In this document: piece after piece, positions 8,976 to 19,032 of the stretch
How the letters are laid out: every line of letters begins with the position of its first letter
How positions within the stretch are numbered: position 1 is the stretch's first letter
Assembly (NCBI GenBank): GCA_024275415.1
Contig: JAJRZD010000053.1
Location: 1 to 32,000, forward strand
Source of the DNA: an archaeon
GTDB taxonomy: Archaea > Asgardarchaeota > Thorarchaeia > Thorarchaeales > Thorarchaeaceae
Length of the DNA stretch: 32,000 nucleotides
Direction: 5' to 3'
Made by a program: the position numbers and the translations under genes
Notes under the pieces: model-generated
Seen by the model: the letters and a program-made list of their open reading frames with translations, nothing else
The model's database searches: none
Told to the model about the DNA's origin: nothing

Positions 8976-11833
8976 CAGGCTTCATTAGTGTGAGGGGCGC
9001 TGAAGAGCACAACCTGAAACATATTGATGTTGATATCCCCCGTGACAAGCTTGTTGTGGTCACAGGTCCAAGCGGGTCTGGAAAAAGCACACTTGTCTTT
9101 GACACGGTCTTTGCTGAAGGACAGCGGAGATATGTCGAATCGCTCAGTTCGTATGCACGACGCTTTCTGGGACGCCTCGACAAGCCAAAGGTTGAGAAGA
9201 TCACAGGTCTGCCTCCAGCCATTTCTATTGAGCAGAAGGGACGAACAAAGAATCCCCGGAGTACTGTCGCTACCAGCACAGAGATCCATGATTACCTGCG
9301 GCTACTATTCGCTAACATCGGGATACCACACTGCGTCCAATGCAAGCGTCCGATGGAACAGCTGACTCCTGAGTCTGCTGCGAGGCTCCTGCTCCATGAG
9401 AACGGTGGGCATCGGATACATATTCTTGCTCCCGTAATTCGAGGTGAGCCAGGGAAACACACCGAAACGTTCGAGAAGCTCCTTGGTAATGGGTTCGCAA
9501 GGGCGCGGGTAGATGGCGAGATACTGGATCTCGAAGGCATTGAGATTGATGGTCGGGAGAAACATACCATTGAAGTGGTTGTGGATCGGATTGAACTGAC
9601 TCATGTGAATCGAGAACGTTTGATTAGCTCCCTTGAAACTGCCCTTGAGGTTGGCAGTGGTGTGGCAATTGCCTACCGTGATGGGGCGGATGATCTTACC
9701 TTCGCTGACCAGCTCATGTGTCCCTATTGTGGGATCCAATATGACAAGCTTGGCCCAAAGGCGTTTTCTTATAACCGACCAGATGGTGCCTGCCCCGAGT
9801 GTAATGGGTTAGGAGTCACGATGGATATCAATCCCGATCTTGTCATTTTCGATGATGAGCTGACCGCGTGGGACCTTGCCAAAAAGGCATTCCTGAACCG
9901 AAAATGGCTCCTTAGACGCATTGATGCTCTTGCTGATGCTGTTTCAGAGTTTGACCCGTACATACCGTACAGGGATCTTTCGGACTTTGCAAAAGAACTA
10001 TTCCTCTGGGGTCGTCCCGATGTTCAGATCTCATATGTGGCTGAGAGCGAGAACTCACACTGGGAAGTCACTCGCAAATGGACTGGTGTCATGGCATGGC
10101 TGAAGACAACCTTTGAGAAGGGTAATAGAAGCGGGAAGCCATGGTATCGATATCTTGCTTCTCAGATTGGTGAGAGATACGCATCAAGGACGACCTGTCA
10201 TGCATGTCACGGCCGGAAGCTCAGGCCCGAAGCCCTTGCCGTCACGATTGCTGACAAGTCCATTGATGAGATATCTGCGATGACAATCGAGGCAGCGTAT
10301 GATTTCTTTGAGGGCTTGGAGCTGAGTGAACGTGACCAGCGTATCGCAGAACTAATCCTGAAGGAGATCAAGGCTCGGCTCAGGTTCCTCCTATCCGTTG
10401 GGTTGGAGTATCTTAACCTCGACCGTCTGTCCATGACCCTGAGTGGGGGTGAGAGTCAACGGATCCGTTTGGCAACACAGATTGGTTCGGCATTGACTGG
10501 AGTGCTGTACTGTCTTGACGAGCCTTCCATTGGACTTCACCCTCGGGATGTGAACCGGCTCATCGAAACCTTCTACAACCTCCGCAGTCTTGGGAATACC
10601 GTGGTCGTTATCGAGCATGACCGAGATACCATTCATGCCGCAGACTACATCATTGACCTTGGGCGCTTCGCAGGAGTACATGGCGGCGAAGTCGTCACAC
10701 AGGGAACACCCGAAGAGGTGCTATCCAATGACCTGTCCCTGACAGCCCAGTACCTTACGGGAACAAAACAGATACCTGTCCCAACGACAAGACGGGCTGG
10801 CACCGGGAAGTCTATTGTCCTGAAGGGAGCGTCACAGAACAATCTCAAGCGGATTGATGTCGAGTTCCCGCTTGGCAAGTTCATATGTGTCACAGGAGTT
10901 TCTGGCTCTGGTAAGAGCACACTCCTCAACGAGACCCTGTACAAAGCAATCGCTCGTGTGATGAACGGTGCTGCTCTCTCTCCAGGCAAGTACGAATCAA
11001 TCGAAGGCATCGAGTATATTGACCGCCTTGTTCTAGTGGATCAGTCCCCCATAGGACGCACCCCTCGTTCGAACCCTGCCACCTACACAAAGGTCTTTGG
11101 TGAGATACGCGACCTTTTTGCCAAGATGCCGGAGGCAAAGGCACGGGGTTACAGTCCGGGACGTTTCAGTTTCAACACACGAGAAGGACGATGTGAGAAA
11201 TGTCAGGGTAGCGGTGTCTTACAGGTTGAGATGCACTTCATGTCTGACGTGTTCATCCAGTGTGATGTATGCAATGGCAAGCGATTCGACAGAGAAACCC
11301 TTGAGATCACCTACAAGGGGAAGAACATCAACGAGGTCCTCTCTATGACGATCGAGGAAGCCCTCTTCTTCTTTGCAGACATCCCCAGAATTGCTGACAA
11401 ACTACAAACCCTGGCCGATGTCGGACTCGGGTATCTGCAGCTGGGGCAACCTGCAACCACCCTCAGCGGTGGTGAAGCACAAAGGATGAAGCTTGCAGCA
11501 GAACTAGCTCGACGGGCAACAGGGAACACGCTCTACATCCTCGACGAGCCGACCACAGGGCTTGCTGCATCAGATGTCCACACATTGCTGAAGGTGATCA
11601 ACCGACTTCTCGATAAGGGGAACACCATAATCATGATAGAGCACAATCTTGAGGTCATTAAGACCGCTGACTGGGTCATCGACCTTGGTCCCGAAGGTGG
11701 TGATAAGGGCGGAATGGTCGTAGCCACTGGCACTCCTGAAGAGGTTTCTGAGATGACTGACTCTTACACCGGCCTGCATCTGCGTGATGTCCTGTATGGC
11801 AATAATGTGAGGTATGGTACTATTGATGGCTAG
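8972..11833 (+). CDS. uvrA: Excinuclease ABC subunit A, copy 2
   Basis: GPSGSGKST and [17 protein letters not shown] and [16 protein letters not shown] and DEPTTGLA, Zn modules, UvrB-binding region retained. ATGA overlap with uvrA copy 1. Confidence 0.95.
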   Translation: MTGFISVRGAEEHNLKHIDVDIPRDKLVVVTGPSGSGKSTLVFDTVFAEGQRRYVESLSSYARRFLGRLDKPKVEKITGLPPAISIEQKGRTKNPRSTVATSTEIHDYLRLLFANIGIPHCVQCKRPMEQLTPESAARLLLHENGGHRIHILAPVIRGEPGKHTETFEKLLGNGFARARVDGEILDLEGIEIDGREKHTIEVVVDRIELTHVNRERLISSLETALEVGSGVAIAYRDGADDLTFADQLMCPYCGIQYDKLGPKAFSYNRPDGACPECNGLGVTMDINPDLVIFDDELTAWDLAKKAFLNRKWLLRRIDALADAVSEFDPYIPYRDLSDFAKELFLWGRPDVQISYVAESENSHWEVTRKWTGVMAWLKTTFEKGNRSGKPWYRYLASQIGERYASRTTCHACHGRKLRPEALAVTIADKSIDEISAMTIEAAYDFFEGLELSERDQRIAELILKEIKARLRFLLSVGLEYLNLDRLSMTLSGGESQRIRLATQIGSALTGVLYCLDEPSIGLHPRDVNRLIETFYNLRSLGNTVVVIEHDRDTIHAADYIIDLGRFAGVHGGEVVTQGTPEEVLSNDLSLTAQYLTGTKQIPVPTTRRAGTGKSIVLKGASQNNLKRIDVEFPLGKFICVTGVSGSGKSTLLNETLYKAIARVMNGAALSPGKYESIEGIEYIDRLVLVDQSPIGRTPRSNPATYTKVFGEIRDLFAKMPEAKARGYSPGRFSFNTREGRCEKCQGSGVLQVEMHFMSDVFIQCDVCNGKRFDRETLEITYKGKNINEVLSMTIEEALFFFADIPRIADKLQTLADVGLGYLQLGQPATTLSGGEAQRMKLAAELARRATGNTLYILDEPTTGLAASDVHTLLKVINRLLDKGNTIIMIEHNLEVIKTADWVIDLGPEGGDKGGMVVATGTPEEVSEMTDSYTGLHLRDVLYGNNVRYGTIDG

Positions 11834-11944
11834 TCCGTCACATACTTGTGGTCATGGCACCCACCCAAATCCAAAAGTGCACGGATGACGAATGAATCTG
11901 ACGACTATCCTGTGAACACGACCAAGCAATAGTATGGAGATGAA

Positions 11945-13765
11945 TTGAATCCATTGCCAGACCATCTGACCAATCTAGTACGAGACCTACCCTTGCAACC
12001 AGGAGTCTACCTCTGGAAAGATGAGAAGGGACATATCCTCTACATTGGAAAGGCAAAGGAGCTTCGAAAGCGTGTCAGCTCGTATCTGAGAAATCATAGT
12101 GACAGGCGTACATGGGATCTCATGAAGCAAGTACGCGACCTCGAAACGATAGTGACGAATACTGAACGCGAAGCGCTCATCCTTGAGGCTACATTAATCA
12201 AGAAGCACCAGCCCCGATACAACCGTGCCCTCAAGGATGATAGGCGTCATGCATGGATACGCGTCGATCTTACTTCCGAAAAGCCCACATTCATTGTCAC
12301 TAGAGAGGTGGAGCGGGACGGTGCGCGCTACTTCGGGCCATACCGTAGCACGAAACGACTGGAGAAGTTCCTTGACACAGCACGGAAGTTCATCCCTGTT
12401 GCGATGTGTACTGACCCCACTAAGGTGAAGCGCGAGTGTATGGACTATCACCTCAATCGCTGCGTGGGCATCTGTAAGGAGAATCTCACAAGGGACGCAT
12501 ATCGAAGCCTAGTCGACCAGATGTGTCTATACTTGGACGGGAAGTCGGAAGAGCTTACTCGGTCAATCGAGCAAGAGATGGAACGGGCATCGGCGAATCT
12601 TGAGTTCGAGAAGGCTGCGGAACTGCGTGACCGCCTCGCCGACATCTCAATCATCATGCGACGCCAGAAGGTCGTGGATACACAAGGAGTTACACGTGAT
12701 ATTCTTGGAATAGCACGTACAGAGGAAGCTGCGCTCGTTGAGATGCTTCTTGTCAGGGGTGGGCGATTGATAGGACAGGACAGCTTCTATTTCGAGGAGG
12801 GCATGGAGTCCACCGATGCCGATGTTCTGACCAGTTTCATAGAGCAGTTCTATTTCATGCTACCAAAAGTCCCAGAGGAGATACTCCTTCCTGTAGAGAT
12901 CCCTAACATGCGACAGTTGTCCGACTGGCTCTCAGAAACTGCAGGCACTCCTGTCCAGATACAGGTCCCGCAAGAGGGGAAGCACCTCGAACTTGTTGAG
13001 ATGGCAAACAAGAACGCATATCGTCAATTGCGGAAGATCCTCATTCTTGGTGAACGGGACGAGGAGATAATCGATGATGGCGTCAAGGAACTCAAGAACG
13101 CTCTGGGGCTCTCTCGGGCACCACTGCATATCGAAGGGTTTGACATCGCCAATATCCAGGGGACTGACCCGACTGGCTCTTGTGTCGTCTTTGAGAACGG
13201 CCAACCCAACAGTGCCAGATATCGTATGTTCAGGATCCGTTCGAAACAGACCCCTGACGATTATGCCATGATGCGAGAGGTCATCTACAGGAGGTATCGC
13301 GGGCGTCTGGAGGAGGGCAAGGCACTTCCTGACCTTATCATCGTTGACGGTGGGAAGGGACAGCTGAATGTCGCTCTCAGTGCCCTTGAGGAGCTAGGAC
13401 TGGATTACCTTCACGTCGTTGGCATCGCAAAGCAGATGGAACTCCTTTACACACGCGACAACATGGATGGCATCGCTTTAGAGTATGGGTCTTGTGGATT
13501 GAGGCTTGTCCAACAGGTACGTGACGAGGCACACAGGTTCGCTCAGAAGTACCATCATATCCTGCGAGAGAAACGGTTCAGTGGGTCTATCCTCGAGGAA
13601 GCACCAGGTATCGGCCCCAAGCGTCGCAAAGCACTGATGCTGGCATTCGGCAGCTACGATGGCGTCAGGAATGCATCAGTGGAATCGATCGCTTCTGTGG
13701 ACGGGATGAACATGAAGAGTGCTATCTCTCTCAAGAACTGGATTGAAACCAATGACCCATTTTAG
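11945..13765 (+). CDS. uvrC: Excinuclease ABC subunit C
   Basis: GIY-YIG PGVYLW...YIGKA, Cys-rich region, UVR coil, RNase H-like IEGFDIAN/DDY/DGGKGQ/RDEAHRFA, C-terminal HhH PGIGPKR. TTG start. Confidence 0.97.
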   Translation: MNPLPDHLTNLVRDLPLQPGVYLWKDEKGHILYIGKAKELRKRVSSYLRNHSDRRTWDLMKQVRDLETIVTNTEREALILEATLIKKHQPRYNRALKDDRRHAWIRVDLTSEKPTFIVTREVERDGARYFGPYRSTKRLEKFLDTARKFIPVAMCTDPTKVKRECMDYHLNRCVGICKENLTRDAYRSLVDQMCLYLDGKSEELTRSIEQEMERASANLEFEKAAELRDRLADISIIMRRQKVVDTQGVTRDILGIARTEEAALVEMLLVRGGRLIGQDSFYFEEGMESTDADVLTSFIEQFYFMLPKVPEEILLPVEIPNMRQLSDWLSETAGTPVQIQVPQEGKHLELVEMANKNAYRQLRKILILGERDEEIIDDGVKELKNALGLSRAPLHIEGFDIANIQGTDPTGSCVVFENGQPNSARYRMFRIRSKQTPDDYAMMREVIYRRYRGRLEEGKALPDLIIVDGGKGQLNVALSALEELGLDYLHVVGIAKQMELLYTRDNMDGIALEYGSCGLRLVQQVRDEAHRFAQKYHHILREKRFSGSILEEAPGIGPKRRKALMLAFGSYDGVRNASVESIASVDGMNMKSAISLKNWIETNDPF

Positions 13766-13790
13766 GGACATTTCCCAAAAAATAGAAGAA

Positions 13791-13813
13791 ATCTTATAGG
13801 GGGTTATTACCCC
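13791..13813 (+). promoter_or_regulatory. TATA-like box followed by near-palindrome GGGGTTATTACCCC
   Basis: CTTATA about 30 bp upstream of ATG 13825, purine-rich BRE-like sequence before it, and a 14-bp imperfect palindrome (13800-13813) directly after. Confidence 0.35.
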
Positions 13814-13824
13814 GTAGAGTCGCG

Positions 13825-14061
13825 ATGACAATTAGAGTACTCTTCACAGTAATGGCAAAACCAAACAAGGCCAATGTCATACTACACAAGTTGAGGTCTC
13901 AAGAGGAGGTCATTGAAGCACACACGATTTCCGATGGGATATTCGATGTACTTGCTTGGATTGGCGTGCCGTCCTTGGAGCAGTACAGGCTGTTCATCGA
14001 GAGAATAGCAGATATGCCCGAAATAGACGATTTTGAGTCGTTCATCACTGTTGATAACTAG
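13825..14061 (+). CDS. Stand-alone Lrp/AsnC ligand-binding (RAM) domain protein
   Basis: 78 aa with the RAM pattern (EVIEAHTISDGIFDVLAWI...LEQY..FI.RI..MPEI..FESFI); no N-terminal HTH. Confidence 0.7.
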   Translation: MTIRVLFTVMAKPNKANVILHKLRSQEEVIEAHTISDGIFDVLAWIGVPSLEQYRLFIERIADMPEIDDFESFITVDN

Positions 14062-15404
14062 GGTGTCCCATTTATCTCTGCTAGGTGCTTCCTGTTCTTT
14101 CTGCCCCCATACATCCCATAGACGGCGAACCCGATCACTGTGAGGATCCCTCCTAGAACCAGTGTTTCGAAGTGCAAGCTTGGCACAAGCACCAGACAAC
14201 TGATGACGCCAAGGATTGGGATGAGTGGGAAGTAGGGCTCCTTGAACGTCCCCGGTACACTGAGCCCTTTCCTGTGCAACACGATGACCGATGCATTCAC
14301 GATTGAAAGTCCTACAAGATACCCAAAGTCTGAAAGTGATGCCACAAGAGACACATCACCCGGAAATGCAAAAATGGACACAAGGATGAGCGTTGTGATC
14401 AACGCCGGGATTGGGGTTCTAAGCCTCGGATGAACCTTGTCCAATATCGAGGGGAAATACCGGTCTCGCCCCATCGAGTATGCCACCCTTGCAGTTGCTA
14501 GAAAGGTCGCATTGAGCGCTGCATAGTTCGATGCCGCCATCCCCGCAAGCCCAATATACCCAGCCACTGGCCCCATCATGATCGCATACACATCCGCTAT
14601 CGGTGTGTTCGATTCAGCTATGTTCGTGTAATTCGTTGCACCCACTAGCACTAGCGCTGCCCCCATATACACTACCGTCGCAATGACTAACGTCAAGATG
14701 ATCGCCCGTGGGATGTTCCTTGCCGGCTCCTTTATCTCTTCTGACGCTGTTGTAATTAATTCGAAGCCAACGAAGCTGATATAAATAAATGAAACCGCTG
14801 TCATAAACTGGGGGATTCCCACAAAGTCGGGGATGAAGGGGGTGAGGTTGGCAGGTTGAATAAAGAAGAGTCCGATGAAGACGAAGCCAAAGAGGATAAA
14901 GGACTGAGCGATGTTAAGGACACCGAGGACACCGGAAACGCCTCTGATGCTGATGAGGTTAGTGATGAAAGTCACGAAGATGATAATGATTGCGATCATG
15001 CCGACGGTGGAGCTGGTCGCACCCACGATAAAGAACGCGAAGGTATGTGCCACTGCGAGAGCATAGAGTCCACAGGCAACGACATTGCCGATGAAAAGGA
15101 ACCAGCCTGTCAGGAACCCAAGAGAGCCACCAAATGTGTCGGCGGCGAAGGTATACCCACCGCCCTGTTTTGGAATTGAGCAAGCTAGTTCAGCATAGTT
15201 GATGGCGGTGAAGATAGTCAACAGTCCAGTAGCAAGGTATGCAATGACGATAGCAGGTCCTACCATTCCTGCGGCAGTGCCAGAGATGACATAGATACCA
15301 CCTCCAAGCATCGCACCCAGACCGATGTTTGTAGCACCAACGAGACCGAGACGACGTGCGAATTTACCGTCCGGGCGCTCATCACCGAAAGATTCGACCA
15401 ACAC
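14058..15404 (-). CDS. APC-family amino acid permease
   Basis: About 12 hydrophobic segments; TM1 GAMLGGGIY, YAELA, TM6 SFVGFE, EEIKEPARNIPRAI, ARVAYSMGRD. Confidence 0.92.
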   Translation of the reverse strand: MLVESFGDERPDGKFARRLGLVGATNIGLGAMLGGGIYVISGTAAGMVGPAIVIAYLATGLLTIFTAINYAELACSIPKQGGGYTFAADTFGGSLGFLTGWFLFIGNVVACGLYALAVAHTFAFFIVGATSSTVGMIAIIIIFVTFITNLISIRGVSGVLGVLNIAQSFILFGFVFIGLFFIQPANLTPFIPDFVGIPQFMTAVSFIYISFVGFELITTASEEIKEPARNIPRAIILTLVIATVVYMGAALVLVGATNYTNIAESNTPIADVYAIMMGPVAGYIGLAGMAASNYAALNATFLATARVAYSMGRDRYFPSILDKVHPRLRTPIPALITTLILVSIFAFPGDVSLVASLSDFGYLVGLSIVNASVIVLHRKGLSVPGTFKEPYFPLIPILGVISCLVLVPSLHFETLVLGGILTVIGFAVYGMYGGRKNRKHLAEINGTP

Positions 15405-15812
15405 TTACACCAGCTGTGACACGGGATTGACTCATTATCAGTCCAAGTCACTCGAAATCGTACCCTTTTTGAAGATTCCTAATGCATCTGTTTTTTGGCT
15501 CCCAACCGGCATTGCGTGGAAAAACGATGGTATCTGTTGATATAGGCTGATTCGAATCCCTGAAGAGGGAGGTTGCGAATACAGCTGGACTTCTCACAGG
15601 TCCTCCTTGTCTGTTCATTGTAGATTGCACGGCCTTGGATTCCAGAGTGAAGTCTTCACAGAACATAGCGATGGAGCGATTCTGAGGCCAGAGTCTTGTC
15701 AGGTGAATCTAAGGTTCTGGTTTCTCACCGCTCCGCTGCAAACACATCTAGGCAATCCAAAGGACGTTAGATGATGTTCTTCTTTGCGTGTTGGATGTAT
15801 CTGTGAACGACC

Positions 15813-15826
15813 CCGAAGTTTAAATG
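15813..15826 (+). promoter_or_regulatory. Putative BRE/TATA promoter of the ferredoxin gene
   Basis: CCGAAGTTTAAATG about 65 bp upstream of ATG 15891, followed by inverted repeat GAACCC-N8-GGGTTC (15853-15872). Confidence 0.4.
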
Positions 15827-15890
15827 TGAAATGCGACCGCAGAAACCATGTAGAACCCACAGTAAAGGGTTCGAAAGAGAAGTGACCAAG

Positions 15891-16073
15891 ATGATCTGGA
15901 AGGTAACTGATGCGTGTACAGCATGTGGGACTTGTGCTGATGTCTGCCCTGTCGATCCTACGCTCTATGTGATTGAGGACAAGGCAATCTATCAAGTCGA
16001 CCGTGCTGATGAATGCACTGAATGTTATGCTTGTGTCGATTCATGTCCCGAGGGCGCAATCGAAGAAGCATAG
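15891..16073 (+). CDS. 2[4Fe-4S] ferredoxin (60 aa)
   Basis: CTACGTCADVCP and CTECYACVDSCP motifs. Start set to ATG 15891. Confidence 0.93.
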   Translation: MIWKVTDACTACGTCADVCPVDPTLYVIEDKAIYQVDRADECTECYACVDSCPEGAIEEA

Positions 16074-16119
16074 ATCACAAAAACTACGAACTACGACTTT
16101 TCTTCTGAAAGTGTAGAAG

Positions 16120-16165
16120 GACAAGGGGTCCATTGCGATGGACGCCCTGTCACTATCTCTTTTTT
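16120..16165. terminator. GC-rich hairpin plus T-tract between convergent genes
   Basis: GACAAGGGGTCCAT-TGCG-ATGGACGCCCTGTC (16120-16151), then T6 at 16160-16165. Confidence 0.6.
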
Positions 16166-16170
16166 GCTGG

Positions 16171-16428
16171 TTATTTTACTCTGAACGGCTCACCTAGGAT
16201 CGAGTCAAACACCTCTTTCAGGGACGCGTCATGGAGTACCACTCTCACCGATGCGACCTCGTCCTCAGCCGGGTCATACGATCCTGAGACCAGCTCGATC
16301 GGGCTATCACCGTCAAGCATGAGCATGGTCTTGGCTTCATCCACTTCTTCATGCATATCAAATCTCGACTTTATCTTGTCCATGGCTTCTTTGTAAGCAG
16401 CTGGGTCAATTCTATAGAACAACTTCAA
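16171..16428 (-). CDS. Hypothetical protein (85 aa)
   Basis: Clean ATG ORF filling the gap, protein-like composition, divergent from the PLD gene. No family recognised. Confidence 0.75.
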   Translation of the reverse strand: MKLFYRIDPAAYKEAMDKIKSRFDMHEEVDEAKTMLMLDGDSPIELVSGSYDPAEDEVASVRVVLHDASLKEVFDSILGEPFRVK

Positions 16429-16522
16429 GGTGAACCCTCAAACAAAAGGATACCACAGAATAAGGTATAAGTCTATTCGATGCGTTCTGTCAATAGTTCT
16501 ACTAAGGAAATGAGGAGATAAA

Positions 16523-18256
16523 ATGCCTAAGACCTTCAACATGTTAGTTTGCATGTCGTTCGTTCTTGCCTTGGTGTTTGCTGCAACACCGCTTGCCGTG
16601 ACGCCAGCCACGACAGTTCAGCCCGTTGGTTCCGCTATTCCGGCACAGACCTATTCGTGGCAGACTTTCGATAGGAACATGAATGTCACCACTTTTGTAT
16701 CCCCTGACGGTAGCAAGGAACAGCTCTGGCACTTCCTGAACTCAGCGAAGGAGAGCATCTATGTGGAGATTTACGGGATCAACAATCCCCGTATTCTCGA
16801 TCTCATCCACGAGCTTCGTAACAGTAAGCCTTCGCTGGAGATGAAGTTCCTGTTGGGTTGGAATAGCCTTGGCTACCCGAGCCAGAACAAATATGTTGCC
16901 AACAACCTCACGCAGCTCGGATATGAAGTTCGTTGGACCAATGACACTGACTTTACTTATGCTCATCAAAAATTCGTGATAATCGACAACAAGACAACAA
17001 TCGTTCACGCAGGGAACTGGGCGAAGACAAGCTTTCCGGAATCGGATGGCAAAGCCAATCGTGAATGGAACATTGCGATGACAGATACCGAAGTAACAGG
17101 CTATTATCGCAATGTCTTCGATGGTGACTGGAGAAATGGTACACTTTATGACCCTGTAGCACATGGTACGGGCACTCCGTTGACCTATTCTTATTCTACA
17201 TCGACATATCAGGAGCCCTTCGCAACAGCTGGGACTTTCAGCGGACAGATGAAGGTGACCCCTGTGTTCAGCCCCGACACAAGCCTTGCCGGGATTCTGT
17301 ATATCATCAATTCAGCACAGGCAACACTCGACATCCAAATTCCGTACTTCACCAGCGTAGGGAACGGTGGTTCTGTTGATCAAATCATCGATGCAATCAT
17401 CGCAGCCAAGAACCGTGGTGTCACGGTACGAGTCATCAGCGAGGAAGAAAAGGACTGGGTCGAGATTGAAACGATCCTTCTAGAGCATGACATCCCCATC
17501 GTCTGGCAGGACACTCGCTGGTTCTCTGCTAATCATAACAAGGGGATTATCGCCGATGGACGGATCGTGATGATAAGTAGCATCAATTTCAGCGACAACA
17601 GCGTTGAGAATAACAGAGAAGCTGGAGTGATTATCGAGAACGAAGATGTCGCACAGTGGTATCAGACGGTCTTCGATTTTGATTGGGAGATTGCGGATTC
17701 TGATGCGCTTGATGATGTCAATGTCTATTGGACACCAAACATTCCCACAAACACTTCTGTCATCAATGTAACTGTCTTCGCACACATGCTGAATGGCTCA
17801 GCAAATGTCGATGATGTGGAGTTGGATGTGAAGATCAATGATGGTGCGTGGTCTAATGTGTCTATAATCGACAACATCTACCTGTCACAAGAGGATGACT
17901 TGGAGAACTATTACTACGTCATCCCTGCACAGGCGGACATGACCAACATCACAGTGGTCGGGAGGATACTTGTCGGCTCGACATGGTACACGGGTGTTCC
18001 TATGGTCATAAGAGTGCGAAACTCGATTGCCTCTCCCACTCCGACAACCACTACAACGCCAACTACCCCAACTACCCCGGCGACCCCGACTCCAACGCTG
18101 GATCCAGTCGCCCAGTTCATTGCAGACTATGGTCTATGGCTTGCAGTGGCAGGAATCGGCATCATTTGTGGTGGAGGATCTGCGGTAGCAATCAAGAAAG
18201 GTTTGATGCCCGGAAGCAAAAGAAAAAGGACTCGCCGTCGGCGAAAGCGGAAGTAG
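16523..18256 (+). CDS. Secreted, C-terminally anchored phospholipase D-family (2xHKD) protein
   Basis: N-terminal signal peptide; HQKFVIID and HNKGIIAD; Pro/Thr linker; TM helix; polybasic tail KRKRTRRRRKRK. Confidence 0.88.
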   Translation: MPKTFNMLVCMSFVLALVFAATPLAVTPATTVQPVGSAIPAQTYSWQTFDRNMNVTTFVSPDGSKEQLWHFLNSAKESIYVEIYGINNPRILDLIHELRNSKPSLEMKFLLGWNSLGYPSQNKYVANNLTQLGYEVRWTNDTDFTYAHQKFVIIDNKTTIVHAGNWAKTSFPESDGKANREWNIAMTDTEVTGYYRNVFDGDWRNGTLYDPVAHGTGTPLTYSYSTSTYQEPFATAGTFSGQMKVTPVFSPDTSLAGILYIINSAQATLDIQIPYFTSVGNGGSVDQIIDAIIAAKNRGVTVRVISEEEKDWVEIETILLEHDIPIVWQDTRWFSANHNKGIIADGRIVMISSINFSDNSVENNREAGVIIENEDVAQWYQTVFDFDWEIADSDALDDVNVYWTPNIPTNTSVINVTVFAHMLNGSANVDDVELDVKINDGAWSNVSIIDNIYLSQEDDLENYYYVIPAQADMTNITVVGRILVGSTWYTGVPMVIRVRNSIASPTPTTTTTPTTPTTPATPTPTLDPVAQFIADYGLWLAVAGIGIICGGGSAVAIKKGLMPGSKRKRTRRRRKRK

Positions 18257-18265
18257 TACACATCT

Positions 18266-18299
18266 GAGAATGGCGGCCCGTTATCAGGGGCTGCCTCTC
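18266..18299. terminator. GC-rich hairpin between convergent genes
   Basis: GGCGGCCC (18272-18279) / GGGCTGCC (18288-18295) with outer GAGA/TCTC, then TTTT. Confidence 0.5.
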
Positions 18300-18310
18300 C
18301 TACTTTTAAT

Positions 18311-18916
18311 TCACGCCCATTCATCAGCAGCACTCTCAGCCATCTGAGCGAACTTCTCACAACTCTCTGCATCTCGTAATTCATTGCGCTTCTTATGAAG
18401 AGTCGATGCAATGTGATATGCTCGTGCGACTTCGTTCCACTTTCCTAGAGCATCAAGACAGAGTGCAAGAGACTTCCAAGTTTCGGGATTCTCCGAATCG
18501 TGCTTGATCGATTCGTTATAGGCGACCACAGCATCATGGATCCGCATCAGGCTCTCCAACGAGCGAGCTTTTCTTGCATGTAGAATGGCGCTAGTAGGTT
18601 TCTCTTTAAGACCCGCCTCTGTGGTCATCAATGCTTCTTCAAAAGATCCAATGGAAAGGTATGCGGCAGCCTTGTTGACATACGCCAGCTCATCGTTGGG
18701 CTTTAGTGAGATTGCTTTGTCAAAAGATGCGATTGCCTTCATCTGTTCTCCAATCTGGATGTATGCCAGCCCTATCTCATTTAACACCCTAATATCGTCA
18801 GGATTGATTTCCAATGCCCTCCTGAATTCTTCTATGGACTTCTTGTTCTCTCCGCGTGCACGCAGGTTCATTGCTTGCTGGACAATATTTTCAAATGACT
18901 GCTTACTGGAAGACAT
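18311..18916 (-). CDS. TPR-repeat protein
   Basis: Repeated TPR pattern (EFRRALEINPDD, FDKAISLKPND, YNESIKHDSEN). Start set to MSSSKQ at 18916. Confidence 0.85.
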   Translation of the reverse strand: MSSSKQSFENIVQQAMNLRARGENKKSIEEFRRALEINPDDIRVLNEIGLAYIQIGEQMKAIASFDKAISLKPNDELAYVNKAAAYLSIGSFEEALMTTEAGLKEKPTSAILHARKARSLESLMRIHDAVVAYNESIKHDSENPETWKSLALCLDALGKWNEVARAYHIASTLHKKRNELRDAESCEKFAQMAESAADEWA

Positions 18917-19032
18917 AGATTCTCTCGTGCTGTAGGTAGTATTAATGCTATTGCTTGCAAAACAAGCGGCCAACCCCAAGGGTTTTAACGAGTTTGCATC
19001 GAAAAGGCTCCTGTCACAACGAGGCGAAAAGA

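Noticed and set aside
4041-13271. Many antisense or alternate-frame ORFs over the uvr genes (e.g. 6422-7177)
   Set aside because: Shadows of the codon bias of well-supported genes.
15545-15562. TTCGAATCC tRNA T-loop-like sequence
   Set aside because: No T-stem or cloverleaf can be formed.
15668-15690. GCGATGGAG resembling the start of a fluoride riboswitch
   Set aside because: The downstream TTCGCC and pseudoknot elements are absent.
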